A DNA stretch of 52,937 nt, filler included, from Catajapyx aquilonaris (Eukaryota): assembly GCA_000934665.2 (NCBI GenBank). It is 3 parts of 3 records of this genome, joined end to end, with 100 filler letters (N's around TTAATTAATTAA, not from the genome) between each part and the next. Parts side by side here need not be neighbours in the genome. Positions count along the whole stretch, not along the records: positions 1 to 17,704 come from JYFJ02006924.1; positions 17,805 to 35,326 come from JYFJ02006925.1; 1 more part is not named here. One strand, 5' to 3'. Positions 12,090 to 22,933 of the stretch are shown piece after piece. The notes under the pieces were generated by a model that was not told the DNA's origin, ran no database searches, and saw only the letters and a program-made list of their open reading frames with translations. A program made the position numbers and the translations under genes. Numbering within the stretch: the first letter of the stretch is position 1; each line of letters starts with the position of its first letter.

Positions 12090-14094
12090 TCAGACAGCAC
12101 GCCTTTTATTAATTCTTCGGTTTTTATCGCAGCAACAACGGTTTTCCACAATGAAGGTAAACGCACTAAACACGAGGCCCAACAGTAGCATCAAGATTGG
12201 CGCCCTCAAATCAGCCAAGGAGAAGACCGCTTCCTGCATCCTCCTTATTTCCTCCTCCTCGTCTGCCTTCCGCCTGGACTTCATAGTCGGGAGATTATTC
12301 ATGAAATATTGGTTGCCGATCCACTTCCGCATCAGGTGAGCCTCCAACAGGTAGTTCAAGTGCTTCATCATGTTGGGAGCATAGACTTCACCTCCACCAA
12401 AACCAATTCCAACGAAGCCGTGCAAAGAGCTTCCAGGGTGAAGAGTCAGCCTGCTCTCACCCTTGCCGTTCACAAATGCATCTATCCCTTCGGATGCAGA
12501 ATGACTGGAAATTACGCAGGCAAAATCACTCGAGAGGGTGGCAGACAGGCAAGAGGTGGGAGTGCCAGGGACTGAGGCCTTCAAAAATATGTCTCTATAT
12601 ACACAGGAATGTCCATCTCATCCAAGTTCATTTTCTTCCACCCGGTAAGGTACTCCACTGATGGGATCCCCCATTTGAACCCTGACCCCACCAGATCTTC
12701 CAGAGTGGCAGGAAGGTGTTCGTCGGGCGGCGTCGTGATGAACTCCACCAGTTTGGTCCTGTATCCGCAGCAAACCACGGTCGCAAACAACCAGAAGATC
12801 CCGACTGTGAATCGGTGCAGCCAGTGGGAAGGTCCGGTCAAAGGTTGCTCCAGCAGGATCCGGAGGAGGAAGGCCAGGGAGTGGACAAACGGAAGTCGCC
12901 TAGGTTTGATGGTTTGTGCGGAAGCGACAAGAGTCAAGAAGAGAGCGCAAATGACTGTCGCCACCAAGACGCTGATCCACATAGAAGGGCTGAATGGGTA
13001 GATTCCAAGTCATTTCGGGACGAGGCTTACGAGTAATCATCATTACATGAGAATATATGTATGGTTGTGACATTTCTAAATTCACAGTATCATATTCCAC
13101 ATTCAGCATAATGGAAGTAAAGTTGACCTTCCTCAGAATGATGTTACCCAGTACACCTCTCCAGGTTCCGTTTTTATATTTCCTTTTAAAGTCGATGTCG
13201 AACCTTTGTAGAAATTGACACACCTTGCAGTTAAAAGTGTCTTCAAGTTGAAGGTCGAAATTCTCCAGCGCACCTATAGTGACATGTGTCCCAGGGTCTT
13301 CCTCTTCCTTCTCTCTTCGTCAGTGTCATACTGGAAGTAGCTTCCTACAGTCAGTGTGTTTCCATTGAGGTCACGGGTCATGTCCGGGAAGAGTGACCCC
13401 GCCGCGACCTCTCCCCCCTCCATGTGGACCCCCATGTCCACCAAGGAAGGGTGTCCCGACCGACAGTATAGAAGCAGGCCGTGAAGAGACTTGTCAGGTG
13501 ACCACCAGAAGTGGCCACCAGCTTGAACCTTATTCCCGAGAGCGTGGTGTCCGAGAGCCATCCGAGGTCAGGAGGGGTGTTTGGGGTCATCCAGAAGAGG
13601 AAGTGGTCGCGGAGGTTCCTCAACCTGACCAGTGCTGCCAGGTGGAGGACCAGTTGGGGGAGGGATCCGGACCAGTGGGGAGCCAGCACGTTGAAGGAGC
13701 ATCCCGTCGGATGGGGCAGGGGAAACAATGGTGTGTCGGGTCGGAGGTCAGGGGGCATCGAGGTGAAGGACAGGAGGTCTTCCTGGCTCCTCAGTCCGCG
13801 GTGGTCCTTGTAAGAGAAGGTCTTCCCTTCCTCCTTGACAGTTGTGACCACCGCCATGTCTCCAGTCCGATGAATTTCCCCGAGCCAATCCATGGACACC
13901 CTTCGTCCATCGTCTCTGGCAACCACCAGAGAGCACCAATTATGCTGATTGACCAGCAGTCTTTTCAACAAGTCAGCTGTCGAGTCATCCCTGTCATAGT
14001 TTTTGGCGAAATTAATTGCACCTCTGGCACAGCACAAGAAGAACTGCAGAGATTCCAGCATGACCCATAGTATGTGCAGCATTCTCGTCTTCAT
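12090..14094 (-). pseudogene. Intronless divergent ionotropic receptor (IR-A) pseudogene, 4 frameshifts
   Basis: Five ORF pieces join into an IR: signal peptide, N-terminal domain (TACFYC), LFPDMTRDLNG, NGTWRGVLG, M1, LLEQ pore, M2 (TVVCCGYRTKLVEFITTP), S2, M3. Lesions: +TA at 13467-13470, +TA at 13275-13278, ~8-bp deletion near 12983, +TA at 12596-12601. Confidence 0.88.
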
Positions 14095-14386
14095 CTTTGT
14101 AATGTGACAAAGTAGACCCACTAGTGGTGTGTGCGTGGTGAAGTGTAGGACAGATAGTGTCTGATGATGACAATCACCGACGACCCACTGAGATGTGCAG
14201 AGTTCCTTTATGCACTGTTCCACATCACGTATAACAGCACCTGCACTTCACTCGTTAACATGTTATGTTTTCCTGTAAACCGAATCGACATATTGATTAT
14301 ATAGTCCATTACAGCATATTCATAAGGGCTAACTGTATCATCCACATGTTACCTATATGAGCATCTGTATAAAATTATACCTACAG

Positions 14387-14597
14387 CAGAGGTCGAATTT
14401 TATTTTATTTTTTTCCATATGCAGTTTGCACTCCAGACTTTAATCGGCGGGAGTGCAAATCGCTTATTACTTGGAGTGCTTAATTTTTAATTACTTGGTA
14501 TGACCATGTTTAAACGCACTCCAAGGCTCAGTTTGAAGTGCAGATGACAATTATGGAGTGAAAATCGCACCTTTGCATCCGAATATTTCGACCCTTG
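14387..14597. mobile_element. Small TIR MITE
   Basis: CAGAGGTCGAA..TTCGACCCTTG ends flanked by direct repeat CTACAG. Internal GGAGTGC/GCACTCC repeats. Confidence 0.6.
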
Positions 14598-16337
14598 CTA
14601 CAGTGTATTTTAATTAGACACACGCCTCATACAGTTTACTAGGCGGCATGAGGAAAGAATTATTAGGCCCAACAGGTGCTAACTCGACAGGTGATGCGAA
14701 AGACTTCATTTATTGTTTTTAGACCTTTGACTGCATTTTATTGATTATATACCACCACGCATGTAGATTTGAAGGATGCAGTATTGTTTTGAACAATAGT
14801 AATGAACAGAACACAGTCAGAATAATATTATAATACACGAGTAAAATATTATTTTGTAGTTATCAGAATAAATACTTCAATGTGATTCAATTTTTATTAG
14901 GCCTCTTGAACTGTACCTTAGTGCCTCTCAAAATACGTACGCTATATCGTGTACAATGAGTGACAATATTGCCAATGTTTTATGTTCACCCAGGCATTAC
15001 ACTGCGTAACTTGTCTAGATCTTGTGATCAGATTGATTCAAGTATTGACGCAATAACTGCTTGACCATGCTGACCTCATGAATACGTTCATGAAGACCAC
15101 GTGCCTCTTTGCCTTGATATTCACAATCACTCCCATTTCTCGCCATCTCCCCAGAAGCGCTTATCGATTAGTCTTTCTGAAATATATTCATGACCGAGCG
15201 TCTTTCATGGAAGATAGAGATTGTAGTACTTACGTAATGGCCCAGAGAGTTTCACTGATTTTTCGTCATTTTGAATAGTATTGCTTGTTTGCATTGGCAT
15301 GATTGACATATATGAATTAGAAGGAAACTGAACCAATGCAGGTTGAGACGGTATATTCATGAGACACCTCTCATCACGGGAAGAAACATGATCTTTTTTT
15401 TGCTCATCAGACGCTAGAAACTTAAAATAATTGAATGGCTTTCGCAAACTTTAGTTTAGTTGATGGAAAAATTTATTTTTTTGGGTGGCATGTGTATAGT
15501 GACTGATGTCCCCTCAACAATGTGATTCATGTAACTGGAGGGAGAGCAGTTTTTTATTCCCTGGGACCATGTAACACTCGTAGTGATTGTTACACGTTGC
15601 CTTGTTTGTATTACTTAGGAAGTAATGAGTATTCTCACTAGGGGCTTTTCGCTTATGACTCATTTTGAATTAGAATGGACAAAACTGCGTTCTGCACAGG
15701 AGCTCCTCAAGTGCCCAAGAGTGTGTCTTTGTCCCGCTCCCTGGTAAACTAGCTGGAACAGAAACTGTGATGTGAAATATTTTGCCTAGTAAAACACAAA
15801 CTTATTTGCACAAAATCAATTTTATTTATTTTATAATGAGTACTAGTACAGTTGATTAGATAAGATAAGATATTTATTTTCCCTGCGCACCTTCCGGTAT
15901 TATCAGGGAAGACTTCCCATACATATTTTAACAGTTTACATAATACTATAGTGTTATTAAAGTTAAATATCACAAGAATTGAGATACACCCCTGCTAGTG
16001 AAAAAAAAGATATGAGTCATATTTCGAGGGAGTTCAGGAATACATATTAGGTTATTTCTAGAAAAAAAGTCATAAATTAAGTTATACATAGTCAAGTCTT
16101 CATAGTGTCTACATAGTAGTGCACAACGGGAATCAAGTGGAAAGTACCAGTACTGTAAGTTGTTCAAGCAAGCTTGATTTTACATAACAAGCACAACACC
16201 GCCACCAACATCATGATTGTCGAGGTTTGTCCGCTACGGATACCTAAGCAACCAATATGAGCTAAAAATAACACGCAAACGATAGAATGAAGCACTTGTA
16301 TATAGGCCCAATAAAATTTAAATTAAGATCGGCTGCG

Positions 16338-17704
16338 CTATACATCGGACGTCGTGGAACAGACCGAAGGAACTCTTGTTATTCCCGCGTTTGCAATCTC
16401 CGCAGGTACAGTTTTTCGCCTGCTCCTGTTTCGTTTTACCAGAATTTCCAGGGGAAGTGTCACCACACTTAAGCCAAGGCCCAACATCAGGATTACAAAC
16501 GGCGTCCTCAAGTGGTCCATGGAGAAGACTGCTTCCTTCATCTTCGCCATCTCCTCCTCATCGTCTGTCTTCCGTCTCCTCTCGCGATGTGGAAGATGCT
16601 TCATGAGACTCATATAGGATATGGTCATATCCCTCAAGTTGGCCTCGAACAGGCGGCTGTACATTTTCATCATATGTGGCGCGTAGACCTCCCCTCGGCC
16701 AAAGCCAGACCCAAAAAACACGTGCAGGTATTCACGAGGGTGTCGGAGCAATCTGTCCTCACCGATGCTGTTCACAAACGCGTCTCCCTCCAAGGGCTCC
16801 GACAACGACGATATTATGCAGGCAAAGTCACTCTTGAGGGTCTTGGACATGCAAGAGGCGGCATCGAGAGGGATTAAGGTATTTCTACATATTGTTTCAT
16901 ACACGGGTACAGTTAGATCATCAAAGTCAATTCTTTGACACGACATAAAATACTCCAAAGGTGGGATTCCCCACTTGAATCCCGACACCACCAGCTCCTC
17001 CAGAGTTGATGGAAGCTGTTCAAGAGGTGGTTCAGTGAGGTGTGTGAACAGTTCTGTCCTATAACCACAACACACTACGGTTGTAAATACGTAGAAAATG
17101 CCCACAGTGAATCGCTGCAATCCCTGGATGGAGTCGGATGAGGCTTGCTCAAACATGATGCGGAGGAGAAAGACCAGAGAGTGAAGCAATGAGAAGCGTC
17201 TCTGAAATGGCTCCTGTGACGAAGGAAATGGCGGCAAAGAAAAGGGCACAAACAAAGACGGTCACAGAGACACCAATCCACAGTGACAGTGCGAATGGAT
17301 AGATGAGTACTCGCCAAGTCATTTCTGGTCGAGGCTTACGAGTAATCATGTATGAATATTCGTGCCCATAAGATGGTGACATCTCTAAATTCACTACGTC
17401 GAATTCCATGTCAACCACAATCGAGGAAAAGTTGGCCTTCCGCCTGACAATGTTTTTCACCAATCCCTTCAAAGCTGTTTTTTTACCTCCTTTCTTCGTC
17501 GTCACAGCGGGAGCATCCTGCGTCACTGTCACATGGCAGTTAAACGTGTCTTCAATTAAAAGAATTTGCCGTTCAGGTAAATTCAGTGCTACTTCTCCGT
17601 TCTGATTCCTCTTCCTCCTGGCATCATCTGAATTACAGGGAAGGTAGCTCCCCATGGTCACCTTGCTTCCGTTGAGGTCACGGGTCATGTCCGGGAAGAG
17701 TGAC
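16338..17704 (-). pseudogene. Divergent IR (IR-B), 3' ~450 codons; 5' end lost in gap; one frameshift near 17203
   Basis: ORFs 17149-17688 and 16338-17255 are colinear with IR-A (TRDLNG, EDTFNC, ITRKPRPEMTW, MFEQ, VVCCGYRT, FKWGIP, GEVYAP, EAVFS). A single frameshift after M1 could be a pseudogenising lesion or a base-call error. Confidence 0.8.
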
Positions 17705-17804
17705 NNNNNNNNNNNNNNNNNNNNNNNNNNNNNNNNNNNNNNNNNNNNTTAATTAATTAANNNNNNNNNNNNNNNNNNNNNNNNNNNNNNNNNNNNNNNN
17801 NNNN
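17705..17804. other. Assembly gap with artificial spacer
   Basis: 44 N + TTAATTAATTAA (stop codons in all six frames) + 44 N. Confidence 0.95.
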
Positions 17805-17854
17805 CTGCATATTTCTCCTACCTCTCTGAAGGCTGATACAACCCATCCTTCTTA

Positions 17855-18387
17855 AGCTGGGTTTACATGTGAGCGAAATGATCAGCGATTTGCATCGCCA
17901 GCGATGAAATCCTAACGAAAGCAGTGATTTGGGCCGAAAGTAGCAATAATCGCGTTTAAGAAGGGAGGGCCTCGGCGATGACATCGCTCAAGGAGATGGC
18001 GACGACATCGCCGCTCACTTGTGGCGTATTCGGGGGGTGGCTGTACTGTGAAGGCGTGTGGTGACAGAAAGGCACCCGCCTGTTTTCGTTCGATTTCCAA
18101 CATGGCGTCAGGAGGGAAGAAGCCGCAGATGAAGACGTCATACTCCAGCGCCATTCCAAAATTCGAGCCATAAACAACCCGATCGTCTTTTGTCTCCTTC
18201 CGATAGTCCTTTGCGCGGGCGATGCTGTTGGCATGCCGTGGCGATGCACGTCGCCGGCATGTAAACACACGGGCGATGCTTAAGCGCTATCGCTTGAGTC
18301 ATGACGTCAGAACCGCTACAATTCACGGTCGAAATGCATCGCCGCGATGCATTTCGCTGATCATTTCGCTCACATGTAAACCCACCT
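17855..18387. mobile_element. PIF/Harbinger-type MITE (533 bp)
   Basis: TIR AGCTGGGTTTACATGTGAGCGAAATGATCAGCGA / TCGCTGATCATTTCGCTCACATGTAAACCCACCT. 3-bp TSD TTA (17852-17854, 18388-18390). Confidence 0.85.
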
Positions 18388-20746
18388 TTAGGGCGTTGTG
18401 AACCTTTCCTCTCTCCCCCGCGTTGATTCGAACGGCAACCCCTTACCACATCGGAATACGACGCGTCCTGAGAATTAGTTTTACGATTCTCATTTCAAAT
18501 CACCGACGTTCTTTCCTCCCCCTTTCTTCCCCCTTTCTTCCCCCCCTCATGGACCCTATACTACCCTGCTTCGTTATTACTCCACTCGCTGCACCGCCAT
18601 CCCTTGATGTCCGTGCCAACATCATCCGTGTGACATCCACTGCTCACATCAGGTAAGTGACAATTATGCCGAGCAAGGCCCCTTGCCTTAGAAAATATGC
18701 AGCGGATCGTGATAGCAGGGACCTGAAGTACAAGAATCCAGGGACAAGGGAAAAAAAAAAAAATACAATCAGGCTCATCGAGAGGCAATACGAAAAAGGC
18801 AGAATATATACGATACAGAGCGTCGGGAGTACATAAGGCAGAATTGCAGAAACTACAAGTCAGAACATCGAGAGGTCCTAACCAAGAGGAGTAGAATATA
18901 CAATCAAGAGAATAGAGAGTTAATAAGGAAGAAGCAGGTTAAGCATCAGGACTGGAGACGGAAGCTGGCAGCGGAATATTGCCAGAGAGGAATGATCACT
19001 CGCATCCATAAGCCCTTGCTGATTAGAAGCCGGCAGAAGAAAGGAGGCGGATTGGGCAACGGCACTTCTCAAAAGATTGCCCAGCATATGGTTCTAAGGG
19101 CGCTTGATAAGAAGCGACTGCTCTTCGCTCTCCGCAAGCAGTGCCTGGCAACGGTGCAGCAGAGGCTGGCGGTTGGACAGTCCTGGCGAGTCGAAGAGGA
19201 CCCTGCCGCCATTCTGGGAGAGCGCCTTCACACTAAGAGCTCTGAGCCCTACTTTTGGGAGACGACAGCAGTGCCTCTGTGGAAAGCCAAGGGAATACCC
19301 GCACCGGACGAGTTGGGTCACTTGCACCAGGACCCTCCCTCAGCTGACAGTTCGGACGAACCAGGGAAGAAATGGCCCTTCTCCGTCACGTGCCACACCT
19401 CGAAGGACGACCTCGAGAGGTTTGGAGATCTGCACGACATGTTCAGAGAAGGAGAATTCACCTCTATGCCTTCTCTTCGCACCTTCTTCAGCAGCTGCGA
19501 CGTCGCTAAACTTACAGGAGTAATGGGCCACTCGCTAGCCTGCCTCCCGCCGTCACGATGCCAGAGCGGAGTTCGCAGCCTCCGTGCCCTGCAACCACAC
19601 TCATGACTCATGACATGACTCCTAATATTGAAGTGAACCTTATTTTAGTGGCATAAATGTAATTATCAACTTCCCAGTAGTTCACCCCTTCAAGAAGTTT
19701 CTCCGAATAAAATTGACAATTAATGTACACCTACCTGCTTATGTAGCTCTGTGTGACTGTAATATCGACCCTTCTGTCGTATTTCTCCATTTCTCCTCAA
19801 CCTCTGACCTTCACCTAGCGTAATAATCAATACAATACTTGGAGTGTAGTAAGACTCGTTCCCTTCATGCAGGCCATGTGTACCTTCCTCTGTTTCAGAA
19901 AAGTGAAGCTCGTGTGGGAAATTGCTTCGAGGACTCATTAAGGTGGGCGCAGGGTGGGATCAGGTCATGACACAAAACTCTTAAGTTAAAGGGTCCCAAG
20001 CAGAGTGCTTCACATAAATAAACAGCCAACAACCATCCGAGCTTCAGAACCATTACATTTGTCCTGGAGATGTCAGTCAGCCACCTTCTTACTTGCTGCA
20101 AACCTATAGGATGGGTATGAATGCAAATAGATAAACTGAACAAATAATTATCCCCACCTCCCCTCTCCCTCCTTGTTACCCTTCCCTACTCAAAAGCACA
20201 CGTTTCCCCACACTGGCACTCGCCGTCTCTTAAAATTTCATTACTCCGCTAAAAGCTTTCTGTTTGTGTCCACATAATAATGTTATGCCGTATATACGAG
20301 CGTTGAAAGCTGATCGTATCCAAGCCATTAGTGAAGCAAATGAAATATTCAGACAAAGAGCGCTACCCATTTGGACACATGGGTAGGGAATATCCGTCAC
20401 CAGGGAGGGATGGAGAAGGAGATGTGGGAAGGATCCATCAGCGAAGTGTTTTTGACGGTTCTCTCAGGGACTTGGTGTAATAGATCTGATTGTCAACATC
20501 CTAAATTAATAATATTATAATAAATACACGGCAGGAATAAAATGGGAAGGAACATCAGGACCGACGCTATCCAGTTCCAGCATTCTGCCACCTGATTATG
20601 ACGCATGTGCAATCGATTACTAGAAGGAAATTTCAGAAAAGTGCAGGCGTGAGTAGGTTTGCTCTAATATACGTATATCATAATTACCAAAATTGGTGAC
20701 AGTAGGGAGCGAGTGTGCTTGGGACACGTCAGTGCTTGGCTGAAAC

Positions 20747-20813
20747 ATGTCCGGGTTGCAAGTGCTGGTCCTTTGCTCCTTGGCCATGGCCATGTTTGGT
20801 GGACACACATCAA

Positions 20814-20859
<46 letters not shown>

Positions 20860-22933
20860 GGGTGTTGGGATGAACGTGTCTCGTGTGATGGAAGAGGCGA
20901 AGAGGATGGGTGGGAAGGAAGGAGAGTGGTGGGCAGTGTCCAGACTGGTGAGGAACGTCCTGGATACGAGGGAGGACATGCGGGGATGCGGCCTGGTCCT
21001 GTCCACTGACCTCGTCGGGTCATCGGGCGTCTGGGAGGGACTGTGGATGCCTCTTCTCAAAGGTCACTCGGACAAGTACCTCCCGTCCTTCTCCCTTCGG
21101 ACGACCTCCTTCCCACACTCCTTCACAGACTACCCCTGGCTCAAGGGTCAAGCTGACCTCTTGGACTTCACCACTGTCCCTCCTGACCTCCTCGTGACCT
21201 CCGCCTGGTCATCCTCTCCTTGCACCCTCCACCTACTCATCCCCTCCTCCCCGTCCTCCCTCCCACAACTGGTCATGTCCGTCGCCTTCAAGGTCAAGGT
21301 CAGTCCACTCGACGACCGTTTCCTCATCCACTTCCCTCGGAGGTCAACATCACTTGATCCTGTGGAGGAGAGAGAGGTCCATCGAGTGCTGACCTCGCCC
21401 CCTGCCAGTGCCCTCAGACTGAAGGTGTCCAGTCGGATGGAAGAAGATGGTGTCATGAAGATGGAGACTGTGTGCTTCTTCTGCGCAGAGGGGGGTCAAC
21501 CTGACATCATCAATCTCGGGAGTGTCGACCATACGGATAGACCAAAAGTTGATAGCTTCTTCAGGAACTACGACATAAACAAGATGAACAAGAAACCAGC
21601 TGTGATTGGGATGTACATGTGGTCAGCTGACATGGAGGACGTTCGAAGGAGAAAAGAAGAACTGGGATTAACTTACCTTAAGTATGAAGAAAGATGTTAC
21701 ATCTTGGCCGAGGAAGGAATGAACGCTCTCACTTCTGAAGTTTACGTGAAGGAGCCGACCAGTACAGACATGGACCACATTCTGGATAATGGAACTTGGG
21801 TGGGGCTGACGCCGGATCTTTTGTCAGGACGCATCGATGTGATAGGTGCCTTGCCTTTCACGGAGGACTCGTATCGACACACCCTCTTAACTCATCCGTA
21901 CAGTTACACGCATGGCACATTCGCTACAAGAAGACCCGGAGGAGTGATCAGCTGGAGGGTCATCTACAGGCCATACGTCCTCCCCTTTTGGGTGTCCTTG
22001 GGGGTCACCCTCGCCCTACTCCCGATTTCGATGAGCAGACTCTCCCGCTGCGACCCTTCTCGAGGGAGGTCAGAGGTCGAAGGGCAGCGACTGACCCTGC
22101 TGGGATCCCTCCACGTCCTGGTCAGACACCTGATAGAACAGCCCGTTCCCTTCCCAACATCCCGCCGCTTTCTCCTCCTGGCCTTCTCCTTCCTCTTCTT
22201 CTCCACCGTGGTCATCACTGGCTACAAGGCCAAGCTGGTCTCCTTCCTCACCTTTCCCGCTAGGGAGTTTGTCCCGAGGAACTGGCGGGAACTGGCGGAA
22301 TCTGACTGGAGCGACGAAACGGATCTCCTCAGTTTTATGTTCTGGAGAAAATTTCTCTCCTATGTCGACGATCCTCTACTCCACGCAGTGGATGCGAAAA
22401 TGTCAATGGGTGATAGTATCCAAAGTTGCCTGGAGAAAATGCAAAGAGAGCAACTCGTCTGTGGGGGTGCCAATATAATATTGGATCAGGAGATTTACCT
22501 CTTTCGTGACACTTCTGGGCAGCCAACATTCCGTTATTCCGATGACCATGTATTTCCTACGTACACTGGATCAAGCTTCTCCCGTGGGCAAACCATGGCA
22601 CATCACATCGCAACGAAACTCACCAGATTTACAAATGAAAATGATCTGGCAACAGTGAACTTGCGTGATTATATGTACCTGATGTTCCTCCGTTCCTTGG
22701 ATATAATTCGGGCCAGGGAGAGGGACAACTCCCAAAAGGCAGAGGAAGTGGTGACCAGGACAAAACTCTCTGTCATCTTCAAAATTTGGTTCGGTGGACT
22801 GGGTGTTTCGGTCGGAGCATTTGCATCAGAAGTCTTTAGTCACAAATGTGGGTTTAAAGGAAAAGGCCTGAGAGCAATCAAAGCTCTCGTTCTCTTCATT
22901 TCACATATAAAAAGATTGAAGAAATTTTTCTGA
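20747..22933 (+). CDS. Intact single-exon divergent ionotropic receptor (IR-C), 728 aa
   Basis: Long ORF with signal peptide, poly-Ser, ETVCFFC, DNGTWVGL..LSGRIDV (S1), M1 FWVSLGVTLALL, LIEQP pore, M2 FSTVVITGYKAKLVSFLTFP, S2, M3 IWFGGLGVSVGAFASE. Confidence 0.93.
20816..20860 (+). repeat. (TCA)n coding microsatellite encoding poly-Ser in IR-C
   Basis: About 15 Ser codons right after the signal peptide. Confidence 0.95.

Noticed and set aside
13393..14070. 225-aa plus-strand ORF and other antisense ORFs over the IRs
   Set aside because: Shadow frames of GC-rich IR coding sequence, with no independent motif.
12090..14094. Introns or programmed frameshifting as an explanation for the IR-A breaks
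   Set aside because: Paralog alignment is colinear with only 2-8 nt differences, leaving no room for introns, and four recoding events are implausible.
17749..17760. TTAATTAATTAA palindrome inside N-runs (also 35371-35382)
   Set aside because: Identical 44N-12-44N layout twice with stops in all frames. This is an assembly spacer, not biology, and order or distance across it is uncertain.
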